A stretch of 62,422 nt of DNA, filler included, from Jimgerdemannia flammicorona (GCA_003990765.1; 3 parts of 3 records of this genome joined end to end with filler, not necessarily neighbours in it); one strand, 5' to 3'. Numbered from the whole stretch's first letter, positions 35,518 through 48,501 are shown. The notes: generated from the sequence alone by a model not told the origin. Made by a program: numbers and translations.

Positions 35518-38500
35518 TTCGAACATACTGGTGTACATTGTGCGGCAGGAGTCTACCTACAAGGCACAATAAGTTTCAAGGAAAACCGTCAAGTTTTGGC
35601 GACATGGCTAGTCAAGATTCTTCTAGCTCTGAGCATCTGGAGAGGAGGAGGCCTGGTCTGGGCATTCCCAAGAGTTTTGCGGCTGCTGCAGGGGCTGGAG
35701 TGGATGCAGGAGGGGCTGGGGGACAGGGGAGGACTGGTAGGATCAAGACCTGGTGAACAGTGGTAGGGAATAGGAGGGCTGCCACTAGGCCCATAGGGGT
35801 GAGACAGGGGGGGCGTAGTATTGACAGGGGGAGGGGTCAGGTGACAAGTCAGGTGACAGGTCAGGTGGCTGGCAGGGGACAGGGGTCTGTTGGTGTGATG
35901 CAGGGACTGGTTCTTCTGTGGCTGGGCAGGTGGCTGGGGAGAGGACTGCTGGTGGTGCAGCTATACCTGGAGGGACAACTATGGGTGTGTCAGGGGCTAA
36001 GGGAAAGGTAACTCTGGCAGCTGGGACTGGCGAGCTGATAGTGAGACCTTTCTTCCATAAATCAGTATTGACATGGGCGATCTCGACGAACTTCCTGGAA
36101 TTGGCGATGTCAGTGAGAGAGATTCTGAGGATGGTGGGGGAGGAAGTGGCTGGGGCAGAGTCTCTGAAGTTCATCCCTTCAGCAGAGGTGGTGGAGATTG
36201 GCTTTGTGGAGGAGGATGCAATGGTGAAGGCATTGGAGAAAGAGATGACCATCAAGGGTGTTAAGATTGGGATGGCGAGGTGTCTGAGGTGGGATCCACA
36301 TGTAGTTCGGCTGGTAGTGGAAGGATTGCCAACCCTGGGCAGACAGGAGACCAAGGAGATGGTGGTTGAGGCACTGGGTGGATATGGCAAGATGGTGGAC
36401 TTCAGGTTCATGTTCTGGGAGGGTACCAAGTTGAGAAATGGCAACTGCAAGGTGATGCTGTGGCTGGAAGGCAAAGAGGCAATGGGGCTGGGCCGTGATT
36501 GACCTGAAGGGATCTGGATTGGAGGGCAAGAGTGCAAGGTCTGGAGGAGGAAGGGAGCAGAACAGGAGGAGGAAGAGTTGGCAATTGCTCTGGAGGAGTA
36601 GGAGGCTGCCAAGGAACTGCAGAAGAGGAAGTGGGAGGAGTATGCCAAGAATTGGGTCTGGATTCAAGCAGATGGCAAGCAGAAGAGGTGGAGGAAAGAG
36701 AATTGGGAGCATCTGCAGGCAGCCCTCCAAGGGGTGGCAGTGGAAGAGGAGGCGAGAGCAGAGGCTGCCAAGAATCAGATGGAAGGAGTGGAGGCAACAG
36801 AGGTTTCCCTCTCCCAGCTGGGTAGTGTGGAGGACTCAGCACATGCGCCGGTGAGAGGAAAGTGGGCAGATAAGGAGGAGGTTGGTGAGGGAGGCTTTGA
36901 GGTGGATGATGAAGTGGTGCCAGAGACTCAGGTGGAGGACACCCATATGGCCAGGGCAGCGAATGTCCATTGGGAGTGCCCAGAAGTGGGTGAAGTAATT
37001 CATTTGGAGAAAGTTGTAGAGGAGGATGAGCTGGTGGATGTGGCTTCTGATATATTGGCTGATAGGGAGCAACTGCAAGAGCTGAGCAGGACCCCCAGGC
37101 CCTTGACCCCTGGGCCCCTGGTGATGACAGTGGAGAGCTGGTACCAGGCAGTGCTTGAGGAGCTGGTGGAGGAAGACATCAAAGAAGTGGATGTATTTCA
37201 TGGATCTCCAGAGGCATGGGAAGGATTTCTCAATGTAGCAATACAAGGACCTAAGCTGGTGATGGCGATGGTGGCCACCTTTCTGGATGATAAAGGATAT
37301 GATGTAGATGAGAGCAGAATGGCTGACATCAGAAGGGTGGCGACTGAAAGAGTGGACCTTTTCTGCAGCAGTGCAAATGGTGACCGAATCTGGAGAACTA
37401 TTTGCGAGGACCAGCAAGAGATTGTCCGTGGAAGAGCTGAGAAGGTGGTGGCAGTTCCAGCTGAGCTTTAAACAAATTCCTTTATGATGAAGAACAATCT
37501 ACATATTTTGTCAATCAATGTCAATGGATTGTGGGACAGTGTTAAATGATGGTGGCTGTTCAGATGGCTTAAAGTCAGGAGGTATGATGTGGTGTTTCTT
37601 CAGGATATTCAGGCTTATGGTGAGTCAGATTATGAGATATAGAGTAAAGAATGGTATGGTGGAGCTGGCTGGAATAAGCAGGTGGGCATTTTGGTTGGTG
37701 TGGGCAAAGGCGAGTTAGTGGAGGTTGAGATCTATGGTGACAGACTGATTTGGGGAAGAATTACAAGAGGGGCAGGTGACGGGTTGACAGTTGGCTCGGT
37801 TTACCTCCCTGCAGTTAGCAGAGAGTGAAAGCAATGGGTTGAAAGATGGCAGGCATGGGATGGGCAGGAGGAGGTTGCTTTGGACATTTTGGGGGGGGAC
37901 TTCAATATGGTGCGTGATTGAACACTAGATAGGTCTGATGGTGGGGCAGGAGTCACGGTTTCCTCTGGACTTTCACAATGGCTTCAGGTGGAGCATGACA
38001 TGGGCTTGGTAGATGGTGTTCGTCAATGTCAGGGGGACAAGCTAGGTCCTTTCACTTGGTGCCACCCAGTTGGAACAGCATTGGTTGGGACACAAATTGA
38101 TTGGGTACTAGTGGCAGAGTGCTGGGGCAATGTACTGGATACTGCTGAGGTGTGCTGGTGTCCATGGTCTGATCATTGGGGTGTGGAGGTTTGTGGTAGA
38201 TTTTAAGCAGCAGGCAGTGGTGGAGGGCACTGGCGCCTCAATGTGGCCCTACTCAAGAGGAAGACAGAGAGGGATAATTTTGTGGCAGTGGTGAGACAGG
38301 AAGTTGGGCGATAGCACAATGAAGGACAGTTGATAGCAGAATAGTGGGGTAAATTCAAACATCTGGCTGGGGCTTACTGGTAGGATGTTGGAGAAGTGGC
38401 TGGGAAGGAACAGAAGGACAAGGAGAGAAGGATAGAGAAGGGGCTGCGATGGCAGTTGAAGCTTTTGGAAATGGGGGACCTGTCTGGAGAGGTGTGCCAC

Positions 38501-41202
38501 CGATTGGCATTAGAAGTGGCAGAGCTACAGGTGGATTTAAGGGTGTCTGAGACCAGGGTGGTAGATGGCCTGCTGGCCAGGCTGCGGTCCAGGCGGCTAG
38601 AGGAAGGAGAGAGGCCAACAAGATATCTGTCTGGAGTTTTGAAGACTAGGAGAGTGCGACACAGTTGGGCCTCAGTTTTGTGAGAAGATGGAGTGGAGGT
38701 CTCAGGGATTGTGGACATGTTAGGGAAGGTGTCTGGTCAATGGCAAGCTCTTTGGCAAGATGGTGGGGAGCACACTGAGGATACAGGGTTTGGAGAGGAT
38801 GACAACAATATGGTGACCAATTGGCCAGTGACTGCGATACCTGAGATAGGAGAGACAGTCATGGGAGAGGTGTCTCTAGATGAAGTATTGGAAGTGCTGA
38901 GGAAGACACAGGCTGGTTCATCTCCAGGGGAGGATGGGCTGCTCTGGGAATTCTGGAAGGAGTTTAATTCAGAGTTTGGTGACTGGTTGGTGGAGATGGC
39001 CAATGCAGTTCTGAAGGAGAGCAGCTGGATTGGAAACAGTTTCTTGGGGCTAGTCTCTCTTCTATATAAGGAAAAGGGTGATTGACGGGTGTGGCATAAC
39101 TGGCAACCTATCATGCTGCTAAATGTAGATAGAAAGCTAGTTTCGAAGATTCTGGCAGAGAGGATGCAGTAGTATATTGATATGCTAGTTAGAGAAGAGC
39201 AGCGAGGCTTTGTCAAGGGGAGGTAGATTAGAGATAGTACTGCTTGGGTGCAGAATGTCTTAGAGGGCTGTAGGAGCCAGCAGGTAGATAGCCAGATGGT
39301 CTTTCTGGATCAAGAGAAGGCCTATGACAGAGTGTAGTGGAGTTATTTGGAGGCAGTTCTGAGGAGAGTAGGGTTTAGTGTAGTAGAGGCAGGGCGACTG
39401 ATGGGCCTGGTAAGGGGATGCCGAGCAGTGGTAATGATGAATGGATAGTATGGACTAGAGTTTGCCTTGGGGCAAGGGGTACCATAAGGGGATCCCTTCT
39501 CTCCTCTTCTTTATGTACTTTCTCTGGAGCCTCTGCTGGTGTGGCTGAAGGGGCAGCTCTCTGGTCTGCAGATGGGAGATGTGGTCTGGCAGTTGGGTGC
39601 CTTTGCAGATGACGTAGTGGTAGGGTTGGGTAGCCGGGAGGATGCTGAAGTCCTACAAGAAGGGGTCAGACAGTATGAGAGGCTGGCAGGAGCAAAGTTG
39701 AACTAGGGCAAGTGTGAGACTATGGAACTTGGTGCTGGCCTGGGGGGATATGGACAATTTGGACAATTGGTAGCTCCAGGGAGTACTGTTTGTTATTTGG
39801 GTATCTGGTTTTCGGTGTATGGGATGGTCCTACCAAAGGAGTAGTAGTGTGGATTGGTTCAGAAGCTGGAAGGTGTGCTGACAGGATGGGTTGGCAGGAT
39901 TGTGGTTTTGAATTTGTATTGGCTGCCCAAGCTGTGGTATCTGGGTTATCATCTAGATTTTCTAGGGTAGGTGGTACAGCAGCTGAAGAAGATTGTAGAA
40001 GGGTGGTTATGGCGGGGGAGGCACCCGCAGATTGGGTGGGAGACTTTGGTGATGAGGGTTTCTGATGGAGGCCTGGGGCTGGTGGATTTCAAGCAGCGAC
40101 TGAAGGTACTTTGGGGCTAGTGGGGGTGCCAACTGAAGGAACTAGGTGAGGAAGGTTGGGGCAGGCTAGCTATGGACAATTGGGAGGTCAGGTTCTGCCC
40201 TCGTGGTGAGGTTTGGAAGGATATGCGGAGTTTGCTACAGGTTGGAAATGTAGATAAACTGTGGTTTAAGGGGTTCTGGTGGGGCATTGTAGAGGCCTGG
40301 CCGGCCATGGGGTTGACAGGCCCAGAGATTGAGGTGGACGAGAACCCTGAGCAGCGATAGTGGCGGCTGGGAGACCTTCGTGTAGGTGGCCACAGTCTGA
40401 AGGAGTACTCTCTGATTGAGGCAATGGAGTGGATCAGGTCTGGTCCTCTGGAGAGATGGCCACCTGGTTGGCAGAGAGCTGGTATTGGTGAAGACTGGGA
40501 GTGGGGTCAAATTTGGAATTGGGGAGACTCCATATGCAAGATGGTACCACCCAAGTATTGAGTGGTTTGGTGGCAATTCCTGAGATGTAATGTGATGCTG
40601 AGCTACTGGATGGGCTGGATAAAGATTGATGGCTGTCGGGACTGTGAGTGGTGTAATGAGGTGGATGGTGGAGTTGTTCAGACACCTGAACATATCCTGG
40701 GGGCTTGCCCAGGTATGGAAGGGTTTTGGCAGAGTTTGGAGGGGTACTGGGACCTGGCAGGGCATAGGGCAGAGGATCCAATCAGTCTGGTGGTCAGGCG
40801 CTAACTGGTAGGGGAGATTGGTGATATATGGGGGGGCCTTGGTCAAGTATTTGGGGTCTGAGTCTTGATGGCAGTATATTGGCAGTGGATTTTCGAACAG
40901 GAGCCATGGATGGGGATTGGAGAAATGGTAGAGCGGTGGAGGTGGCTTCTCCAGAGGGGTAGTGGTATCAGGGAAAGCAACTTCGACCTGGGGCCCTAAA
41001 GAAGGTCTAGGATATTGTCCAGCAGAGCTGAGAGTACCTAGTGTTAGATACTCGTGTAGTAAGATGGAAGACAGGAATTGGCTGAAGTATGCTACTTATG
41101 TATATTATATGGTGTTAGTAGTGTATTGGGGTTCGTGGTTATTGTATTAGATAGTTCGTAATAAAGGAGTCCATGTGACTATAAAAAAAAAAAAAAAAAA
41201 AA
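35341..41202 (+). mobile_element. Apparently full-length L1/Tx1-like LINE (5'UTR, ORF1 35604-37471, ORF2 from 37484, poly(A)); inactivated by stops
   Basis: ORF1 is RRM-like plus an acidic coiled coil. ORF2 has MMKNNLHILSINVNGL, GGDFN, SDH, FLDQEKAYD, AFADD and a C-terminal CxxC..H..C. 3' end ggagtccatgtgactat(A)n. Confidence 0.93.
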
Positions 41203-41216
41203 TATATATATAATAT

Positions 41217-41587
41217 TTGAGGAAGTGCTCACTTAAAAGTAATTGTAGTGACAGTACCTTCTATATTAAAGGTCTTTCTCTTTTACCCTATTTCAAGGGT
41301 CTTGTTCTTTACTGTGTACAGATTGAATTTGCCTTGGAATTTAGGTTCAATCATTACTAAGACTCAGGAGAATGTGTGTGTGTGGAGGGGACTTGATTCT
41401 TATATCAAGGACTAAACTAAAACTGCTTTATTTCAGATGGAAACTGGGGAGTATTTATACAAGTTGGTCCACTATTTCTGACTAAGTATGAGTGACTAAT
41501 TTGGTAACTATAATGAGGTTTGTGATCACAATCTTTGTCAGGTGGTTTTTGGTAAAGAATATCTTTGTGATCAGGACCTCAATTACT
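41217..41587. repeat. Second, C-to-T/G-to-A mutated copy of the 20874-21373 LTR-like repeat
   Basis: Direct sequence match with two internal deletions. Confidence 0.85.
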
Positions 41588-41687
41588 NNNNNNNNNNNNN
41601 NNNNNNNNNNNNNNNNNNNNNNNNNNNNNNNTTAATTAATTAANNNNNNNNNNNNNNNNNNNNNNNNNNNNNNNNNNNNNNNNNNNN
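41588..41687. other. Assembly gap / artificial contig linker
   Basis: 44 N + TTAATTAATTAA + 44 N. Confidence 0.95.
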
Positions 41688-41718
<31 letters not shown>

Positions 41719-43191
41719 CGCGATGAGAAGCACCTTGGCCGCGGGTTCTACACCCCCCCCCTCCTTCGCGTCACCCCGCATGTAATCCGACGGAGACCCT
41801 GTATGATAATTTTGGAACTGCTGGTTGTGTTTACGTTCGAGGTTCTCGACGTCGGTAAAACTGCCGTGGAGATGGAACAAGAATGAGAATAGGGAGTCTT
41901 GGTAAATCGCGCGGGGCAAGTAGTGAAGAAAACAAAAAGGCTGTGCATAGCGAAGACGACGATAACAAAAGGCGCACTTATATGTGGCTGTCAGCGACCC
42001 GACCCATCGCGGGGACAGGTACTCGGCCAGGACGCGGACGGCGGCATGTTCGCGGATATCTGACATATAAGAAACGTCGGTTACAAACCACTAGACCGAT
42101 TTTACAACGTACATCTGCACGGTACGGGCATAGGCCAAACCAAACCACCACGCATTACCTTTCTTCTGCCTCTCATCGAGTGTTTCGGTGTCCACATGCT
42201 GTATCAGCTGTCGCAAGATCGCGAAGGAGTCGAACCGGACTGAGAGTCGCTCGACCTGTGCATGTGTGAAGACAGGGGCGATGAACGTATCAGCACGCGT
42301 CTTGGAAGCACTTCAAGCCTGGAAGGAATTACAATCCAAAAATGCACCTTAAGCCGCAACCATGTGACGACCTTTTCATCGTTGAGACGGTATACGCACA
42401 TGCCCTGTGCAATTTCTGTGGGCCGGGAAGCCAGCTCAATAAGGTCAGCGGGGATGTGTGGGACTTTCCAGCTAAGCAAGAGCTTGATATCAACCTGACT
42501 ATACGACCTTTGATATCGCACACGTGCGCCAAGGATGCGTCGAGGCCGCGCAGGGTGGCCAGGCGTGCAACGCTCGGGTTATCAGGGTTGTCGAAGAGGT
42601 GGTCAAGGGTGAGGAAAACGCCGGGCGATTCGGAGGACTGGTGTAAATTCAATGGGAACAATTGTGATATACATTGATGCGAGGATATTGGGAATAAGGT
42701 ATGAGGGTTTGGCACGTATCAACAAACCTTTTTGCGGGCAAGTTCTAGCATAGGGATGGCAATGAAGAGCGGATCTATGGGTGTCATGAGGTATAGGCTG
42801 CCGTCTGAAATGGGAATGGCATGTCTGTTCTTAGGCTCCGATAATGAACGCGTAAAATTCTATTTGTTCGGGTGTTGCTCACTTTAAAAGGCCAACAGTA
42901 GAATTGAAAACAGAAGCGAACCTCGCTGTACTGAATCATCGATAAACCATGATCGCTTGTCAGCGGGATCAATTTTCTGCGTCTCCAGAATTGCGCCATC
43001 CTGTATCATGTATCGTACTGGGAGACCTGGCACGAGGGACAGACACATTTGAATTTTTGCTAACGAAGGATACACCCGAGTCGCAGGTCCTTACCTGTGC
43101 GCGGATGCGGTATCCTAATCAGCAGCGGGTCCTCCTCGCCTGAGTGCTTCCCATCGCCCTTGTGCTTAATGCAGACCCACTGTTTTGCCAT
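41688..43191 (-). CDS. RNASEH2B: Ribonuclease H2 subunit B (Ydr279p family), multi-exon, 3' end truncated by the gap
   Basis: ATG at 43191, MAKQWVCIKHK...IRIPHPRTG. Motifs RSWFIDDSV, SLYLMTPIDPLFIAIPML and YRLNDEKVVTWLRLKV. Confidence 0.85.
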
Positions 43192-43312
43192 TTTGGTGGT
43201 ATGTTAGAGGTGGGTGGCGTCGTCGTCTGCAAAGTTGTTTGCTGTCACGTGCCCGATCGTTCGTTGCCAAGGGAACCCTATGATACGAAGTATTTGATTC
43301 TTCCCCATAGCC

Positions 43313-45552
43313 ATGCGGATCAGAACCCTCACTACCTTTGTCTCTCTCCCGCCCGCCAACGATCCAAACCATCTCGTCGACTGGGATCGCATCCTCCGCA
43401 AGGCTGCCGCCTTCAACCTCCATGGAAAGGCCCACCTCGAACAAGTCGGCTACGAGGTTCAGACCACCCGGATTACCACAAATCCTTTCCCAGAGTTCAC
43501 CTCCGCCGAGGAGTCTGTGAAGAACTGCAAAATTTTGGACGAAATCTGCGCGAATGCTAGTAATTGTTTAGTTGCTTGTCGCTTTGTTGAATTATACTTA
43601 TCGGGGTTCATGTATAATTACCATCCCGATTCAATGACTCGATGTTCATGCAGAGGTAAATTTGTTGAGTGTGGGTCCCACCTCTGATCCCGACTATATC
43701 AAAAGGATACCAGAGATTATGGAGGTATACCTTGGTATTCATAATATGTGCGAGTAACCCATGGAGCAAGAATCCATTGAAATCATTTAATTTACGAATG
43801 GGGCACGGTTTAAGGCTACGAAATACATCTCGTATTCGGTCGCCATCCCTCGTCGTCCAAATGGTGTCATCGATCTCAAGGTTTGTCCCCTCCCTCACAA
43901 ACACAGATACCTCTTTAATTCACTTACTGATTCCCGATTTTTGCCGTCTTGACAAAATCGGCTTCCACTCCTTGAACAGACCGCCACCCACGCTGCCGCG
44001 GCGATCCTCGCTATCTCCTGCATCGAATCCACGGGTGCTGCAAACTTCCGCTTCTGCGCCACGGCGAATATTACTCCCGGGATCCCCTTCTTCCCCGTCG
44101 GGTACAGCCTGAGCTACGACCAGGGAGGGGAGAGGGACCAGATTTCATTCGCTCTTGGGCTCGAGTGCTCGGATCTCGTGGTACGCGCGTTCGGAGGGGC
44201 GAGGGAGGAATGGGAGGGTGTTGATAACGGTGATGATGAAGGGGAGAGCGTGTTAGACGTTGCGGAGCGATGGTTGAAGGTGGGGATTGTAATGGATGCC
44301 TTTGCTGGTTTTGAATGCTATTTTCAGTGCAGTGACATTATCAACGTTCAACTTTCCTGATACGTCTTCTCCAAAACTACTTCAAACAAAATGCCAACTA
44401 AGAAAATAATGACCTCCGAATTAACCCGCGTCGCAGACTCTGCCGTCGAGCTCTGTCGAACGTACGATGTCAAGGTAAGCCCTTTCCCACGACCCTTCGC
44501 ATCCCCCCGTACCCGTCCATCATGCTTAGTGTTCTTCCGTATCCACCGCTGATCGCAATTATTACAGTACGACGGTATCGACGTTTCCATTGCCCCCGCC
44601 TGCGGCCTGGATGGCCTGGCCGACAGCATCGCCATTGCCTACGAACGTCTTGGGCTGGGCGGATTCGGTGCAAACGGGACGTTAGCCGTGTCGGGGTTGG
44701 TGACTGGAGTAATAAAGTCGCTGGACATCAAGGTGAGCGTCCATATTCCCTTTTTATTCTCTGATGAATTGTATTGGTGGGTTTGGTTTTGCTGATGGAT
44801 TAACACGCAGGCTCAACGATTTCCCCGGTTCACGGTTGCAGAAATGCGGATACAGTGGCCTCATGCTGCCGATTATGGAGGACGCCGGCTTAGCGGAGCG
44901 GTTTGGGCGACGAGCTTTTTCCGTGCAGGAAGTGCTACTGTACAGCTCCGTGTGTGGATGCGGCCTGGGTAAGTTTGTGGAGGACGACACGAAGAGACCC
45001 CCTCTTTTTTTTTGTGCATCTGGATGGGTTTCTATGCTGGATTGTTCACTCTGCTGGATTGTTCGCTCTGCTGGATTGTTCGTTCTCTGTTCCCTGTTTG
45101 ATGAGCTATGGCATGGTTGGTTTGGGTGGTTGGCTCGTTATTTTCTATTGCAGTCTTTTTTTTTTTTTTTTTCTCCTTGACGAAACAGTCATGACTTCCG
45201 ATCCATTCAGACTGTATCCCCATTGTCGGTGACACCCCTGTCAAGCCACTCGCGAACCTCCTTGCCGATATGGCGACACTGGCCTTCAAGGTTTTGTGAA
45301 CACTAATAATTTGGAGTTGCTCCGCCACTACATTTCTCATCTTTGCTACGGCCGATGCGGTAACTGAAGCCGCATGGCACGCTCACCATCACTCTATCTT
45401 CCACCATACAATCCACTTTCTACCCTCTCCCTCCTCAGCTCAACAAGCCACTCTCGGCGCGGATCTTTCCGATCCCTGGCACTGTTGCTGGCGACCTTAC
45501 ATGCTTTGACGATCCGCTGCTAGTGAACACACAGGTCGTCGGGCTGGTATGA
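43313..45552 (+). CDS. DUF711 (UPF0210) family protein, multi-exon
   Basis: Motifs MRIRTLT, GYEVQTTRITTNPF, NFRFCATAN..PGIPFFP, YDGIDVSIAP, CGYSGLMLPIMED, LLYSSVCGCGLD and LNKPLSARIFPIPG. Stop TGA at 45550-45552. Confidence 0.85.
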
Positions 45553-45895
45553 AATACGCGGTGTACGGATTCACTTATCGCTTTGCGTGATTTTCCATTC
45601 TTATCATGCGCCCCAAAAATGCATTGCAGCCATGCCAAACCAATATAATATTTGAAAGGTTAGAATGCACATCCCAATTTAATTCAAGGGCCAGATTTGT
45701 TTGTCGGACGCGAAAATTGGTATTACGCTCGGAAAGGTTTATCCTAAGAAATGACTCAAGGACTACTTCCAACACTGTAGAGCATATAAACATGATAAAC
45801 GCCATTAAAGCTGTGTCCAAGACGTTTAATGTTAATGACTCAAACCAACATTTTGTTTCTTGTCGTCACATGGCCGATTAAACACGACGGCGGAA

Positions 45896-45926
45896 GGTGA
45901 CGTCACCCTCGTGGGTGACGTCACCC
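45896..45926. promoter_or_regulatory. Two tandem perfect CRE/ATF-type palindromes
   Basis: GGTGACGTCACC (45896-45907) and GGGTGACGTCACCC (45913-45926). Confidence 0.35.
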
Positions 45927-46966
45927 GTGGGGGATATCGGCGTGAGAGCTGATTGTACACGGTGCTCAAGAGCGGATTTGGACTGTCAATAACGAGTTTA
46001 ACCACTGTGAGCAAGGTGCATTCGAACGTTAACGATGGAAAATTGGTTGCCTCCCTCGGGAAGGACAGACCGCGACATAGATTTGTCGGTGCAGCAACGC
46101 TGCTGGCCGAGAAATCCGACGCATCGCAAAAGTGGTACTAGCACCTCGGTGAACTCCGCTGACGATGACATCCTCGTCAACCTTTCTCTGATCTATCTGT
46201 CATACGCGATATGGTTAATATTCAACACAAACGTATGGACAACCGCCCATACAAGACTTGGTAGCAAGCACTCGAATATCGAAAAGGTCAATTCCGGACG
46301 TGCGTTATTAAAAGGAAAATATGCGTGACCGGCATATTATCATTTTGAATTTTGACAGATGCAGGACGGGGTATTACAGGACGGGGTGTTACGGAGTAGC
46401 GAACCGATTTGGTTTGCCGCCAGAACCACTCTGCAGGTTCGCGAGTTCGCGCGCGATCTCGTGGGTAAGGTAATTGATAGTTGTCGCAATATCTATTTGT
46501 AGAGTTAAATTTGCGAATCTGAGGTTTCCGCTTGCTCGTTGAAAAGGTCCAAATTAGGCGAAGGCCCATTGTTAGAGGCAAAGGATGCTAGGGTTTGTGC
46601 GGAATTCCGTGCACGTGCTGGCAGAAATTTAACCCCTAGCTCGCAACGTTCCTGGTCGTATTTATAGATCTGGAATGAACAATTTCTACAAAAGGCAAGT
46701 ATGCTGGCCAATGGAGACGCAGGACTGGTTGCGACAAATAAGATGGCTATTCTGAGCCTTCCAAAAAGGCTATTGCGAACATGTTGTGCATGCTCTGTCA
46801 AAACAGGAAGGAGGATGAGTTAAAACCGGACATGGTCGGCACTTCAAAATTATTCTTATATTCACCTTCAAGTTCTTCTCTCGCACCCCGATTTTCCATC
46901 TCTCTCTCTTCCCGAATCCTCCTTTCCCTTCTTTCCACCAGACAATCTCATACACATCGAAACAAA

Positions 46967-48049
46967 ATGGTGAAGTCCATCCTTGCCGTCTCCCTCGCCC
47001 TCGTCGCCGCTGCTCAGGCCACCGTCATCACTGTAGGTTGCTGCCAAATTCGTATTTGGATTTGGAATGTCGAGATCACGGGTTGCGTGCCCGTCGAGTC
47101 CGTCGAGCACGGCATGTGTCGGCGAGTATGGATCCTGCTCGTTCCATACTGAATCTCTTTACTAATGGCTTCACTAATTCGATCCACAGGTCATTTCCCC
47201 CTGGGGCACATCGACATGGATCGCTGGTAAATGTCCAATGTCATTGATCATGCAAATGAGTTTTTCATACTCAAAGTATATTTCTCATCTTCATGCCATT
47301 ATTTATTTATTTATTGAATTAGGTGGTGCTGGTGATATCACCTGGAGCTCGACTTCCGGTGGCGGTCCCGATTTCACTACTTGTTCCATCGATCTGTTGA
47401 ACGGCGATCCGAAGGCCGCCAAGTAAGTAGCACGCATCATTTTTAACGTTTCCTATGCCACATTATTGGACAAGGAAAAGAAATTTTCCGCTCACTCGTT
47501 CATGCTCGATACTTATCATAAACATTGTTTACATATAGCTTGGTCGCCCACATCACCGACCCCGCCACCCCGATAGCTGTCTCGGCCGGCAAGTTTAGGG
47601 TTGGTACCACCCCTTTGATGAAACATTTTCGGTCGCAAATTCACTACCATATCTGACCAATCGCATGCACGTCAAATTCCACCACATCCATACAGATCCA
47701 ACCCATTGGCGACTTTCCTGCCGGCAATAACTACTGGATCCGCATGGGCAATGATCCCAACTGGTTCTACTCGCACACCTTCAATTTCTCCGGCAAGGGC
47801 ACCATCCCACCTCTCTCTATGGCCTGGTCCGCCACCGGCGCTACCGCCGCTCCCGCCGCTGCCGCCTCCAACCCTTCCTCTGCCGGTAAATTGGCCACCG
47901 CCACCCCCAGGGCTTCCGGTAACGGCGTTGTCTCCACTGCTTCTGTCTCCACGTCCCCCTCGGCGTCCGCCGCTCCGGCTCTGTCGGGTGCCTCCACCGC
48001 CGTTGTGCTGTCAGCAGTTGGCGTTGCCATCATTTCAATGGCTTTCTAG
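46967..48049 (+). CDS. Secreted GPI-anchored Ser/Thr/Ala-rich cell-surface protein (Kre9/Knh1-like N-terminal domain)
   Basis: Signal peptide MVKSILAVSLALVAAAQA. Exons give VISPWGTSTW..GGAGDITW..CSIDLLNGD..YWIRMG..FYSHTF. S/T/A-rich stalk and hydrophobic C-terminus VVLSAVGVAIISMAF*. Confidence 0.8.
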
Positions 48050-48501
48050 ACTAGAGAATTTCCGAATGTGCACAAAAGCATAAACACCTTGCTACTAACT
48101 GATAATTCATAGACTGCATGTACATTATTGGTGGGAAGACTAGTTCTTGCGGTATATTTACGGACTCCGCGGGACCAGCCTTCCGCGTAGATATGTAGAG
48201 ATTTTTTTTAAAAAAAAAAATCGCATTCGCTGAACCTTCGTGGCTATCATTTCTGATTCCTGAAATGGAAATCTTATTGGCTTATTCGTGGATGAGCGCG
48301 CTTAAGGATAAGATCTCGAGAACAAGAACATCGCCCGAGGACGAATGAAGAATAGAATAAGCTTCTGAGTATCTAAAGCAGATATCGCCTGCCTTCCTCC
48401 GGTGGATAATAAAATATCACTGGCACGGTAAACGAAAGTCGGCTTTGCATTATCTAGATCGCCTCTCTAGGTTTATTTCGAAGTGAAAAGCCTTCTGCCT
48501 T

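Noticed and set aside
45880..46180. Coding-like fragment ending LLAEKSDASQKWY, reminiscent of a ricin-B QxW repeat
   Set aside because: Short, interrupted by stops, and no second repeat or splice structure to support it.
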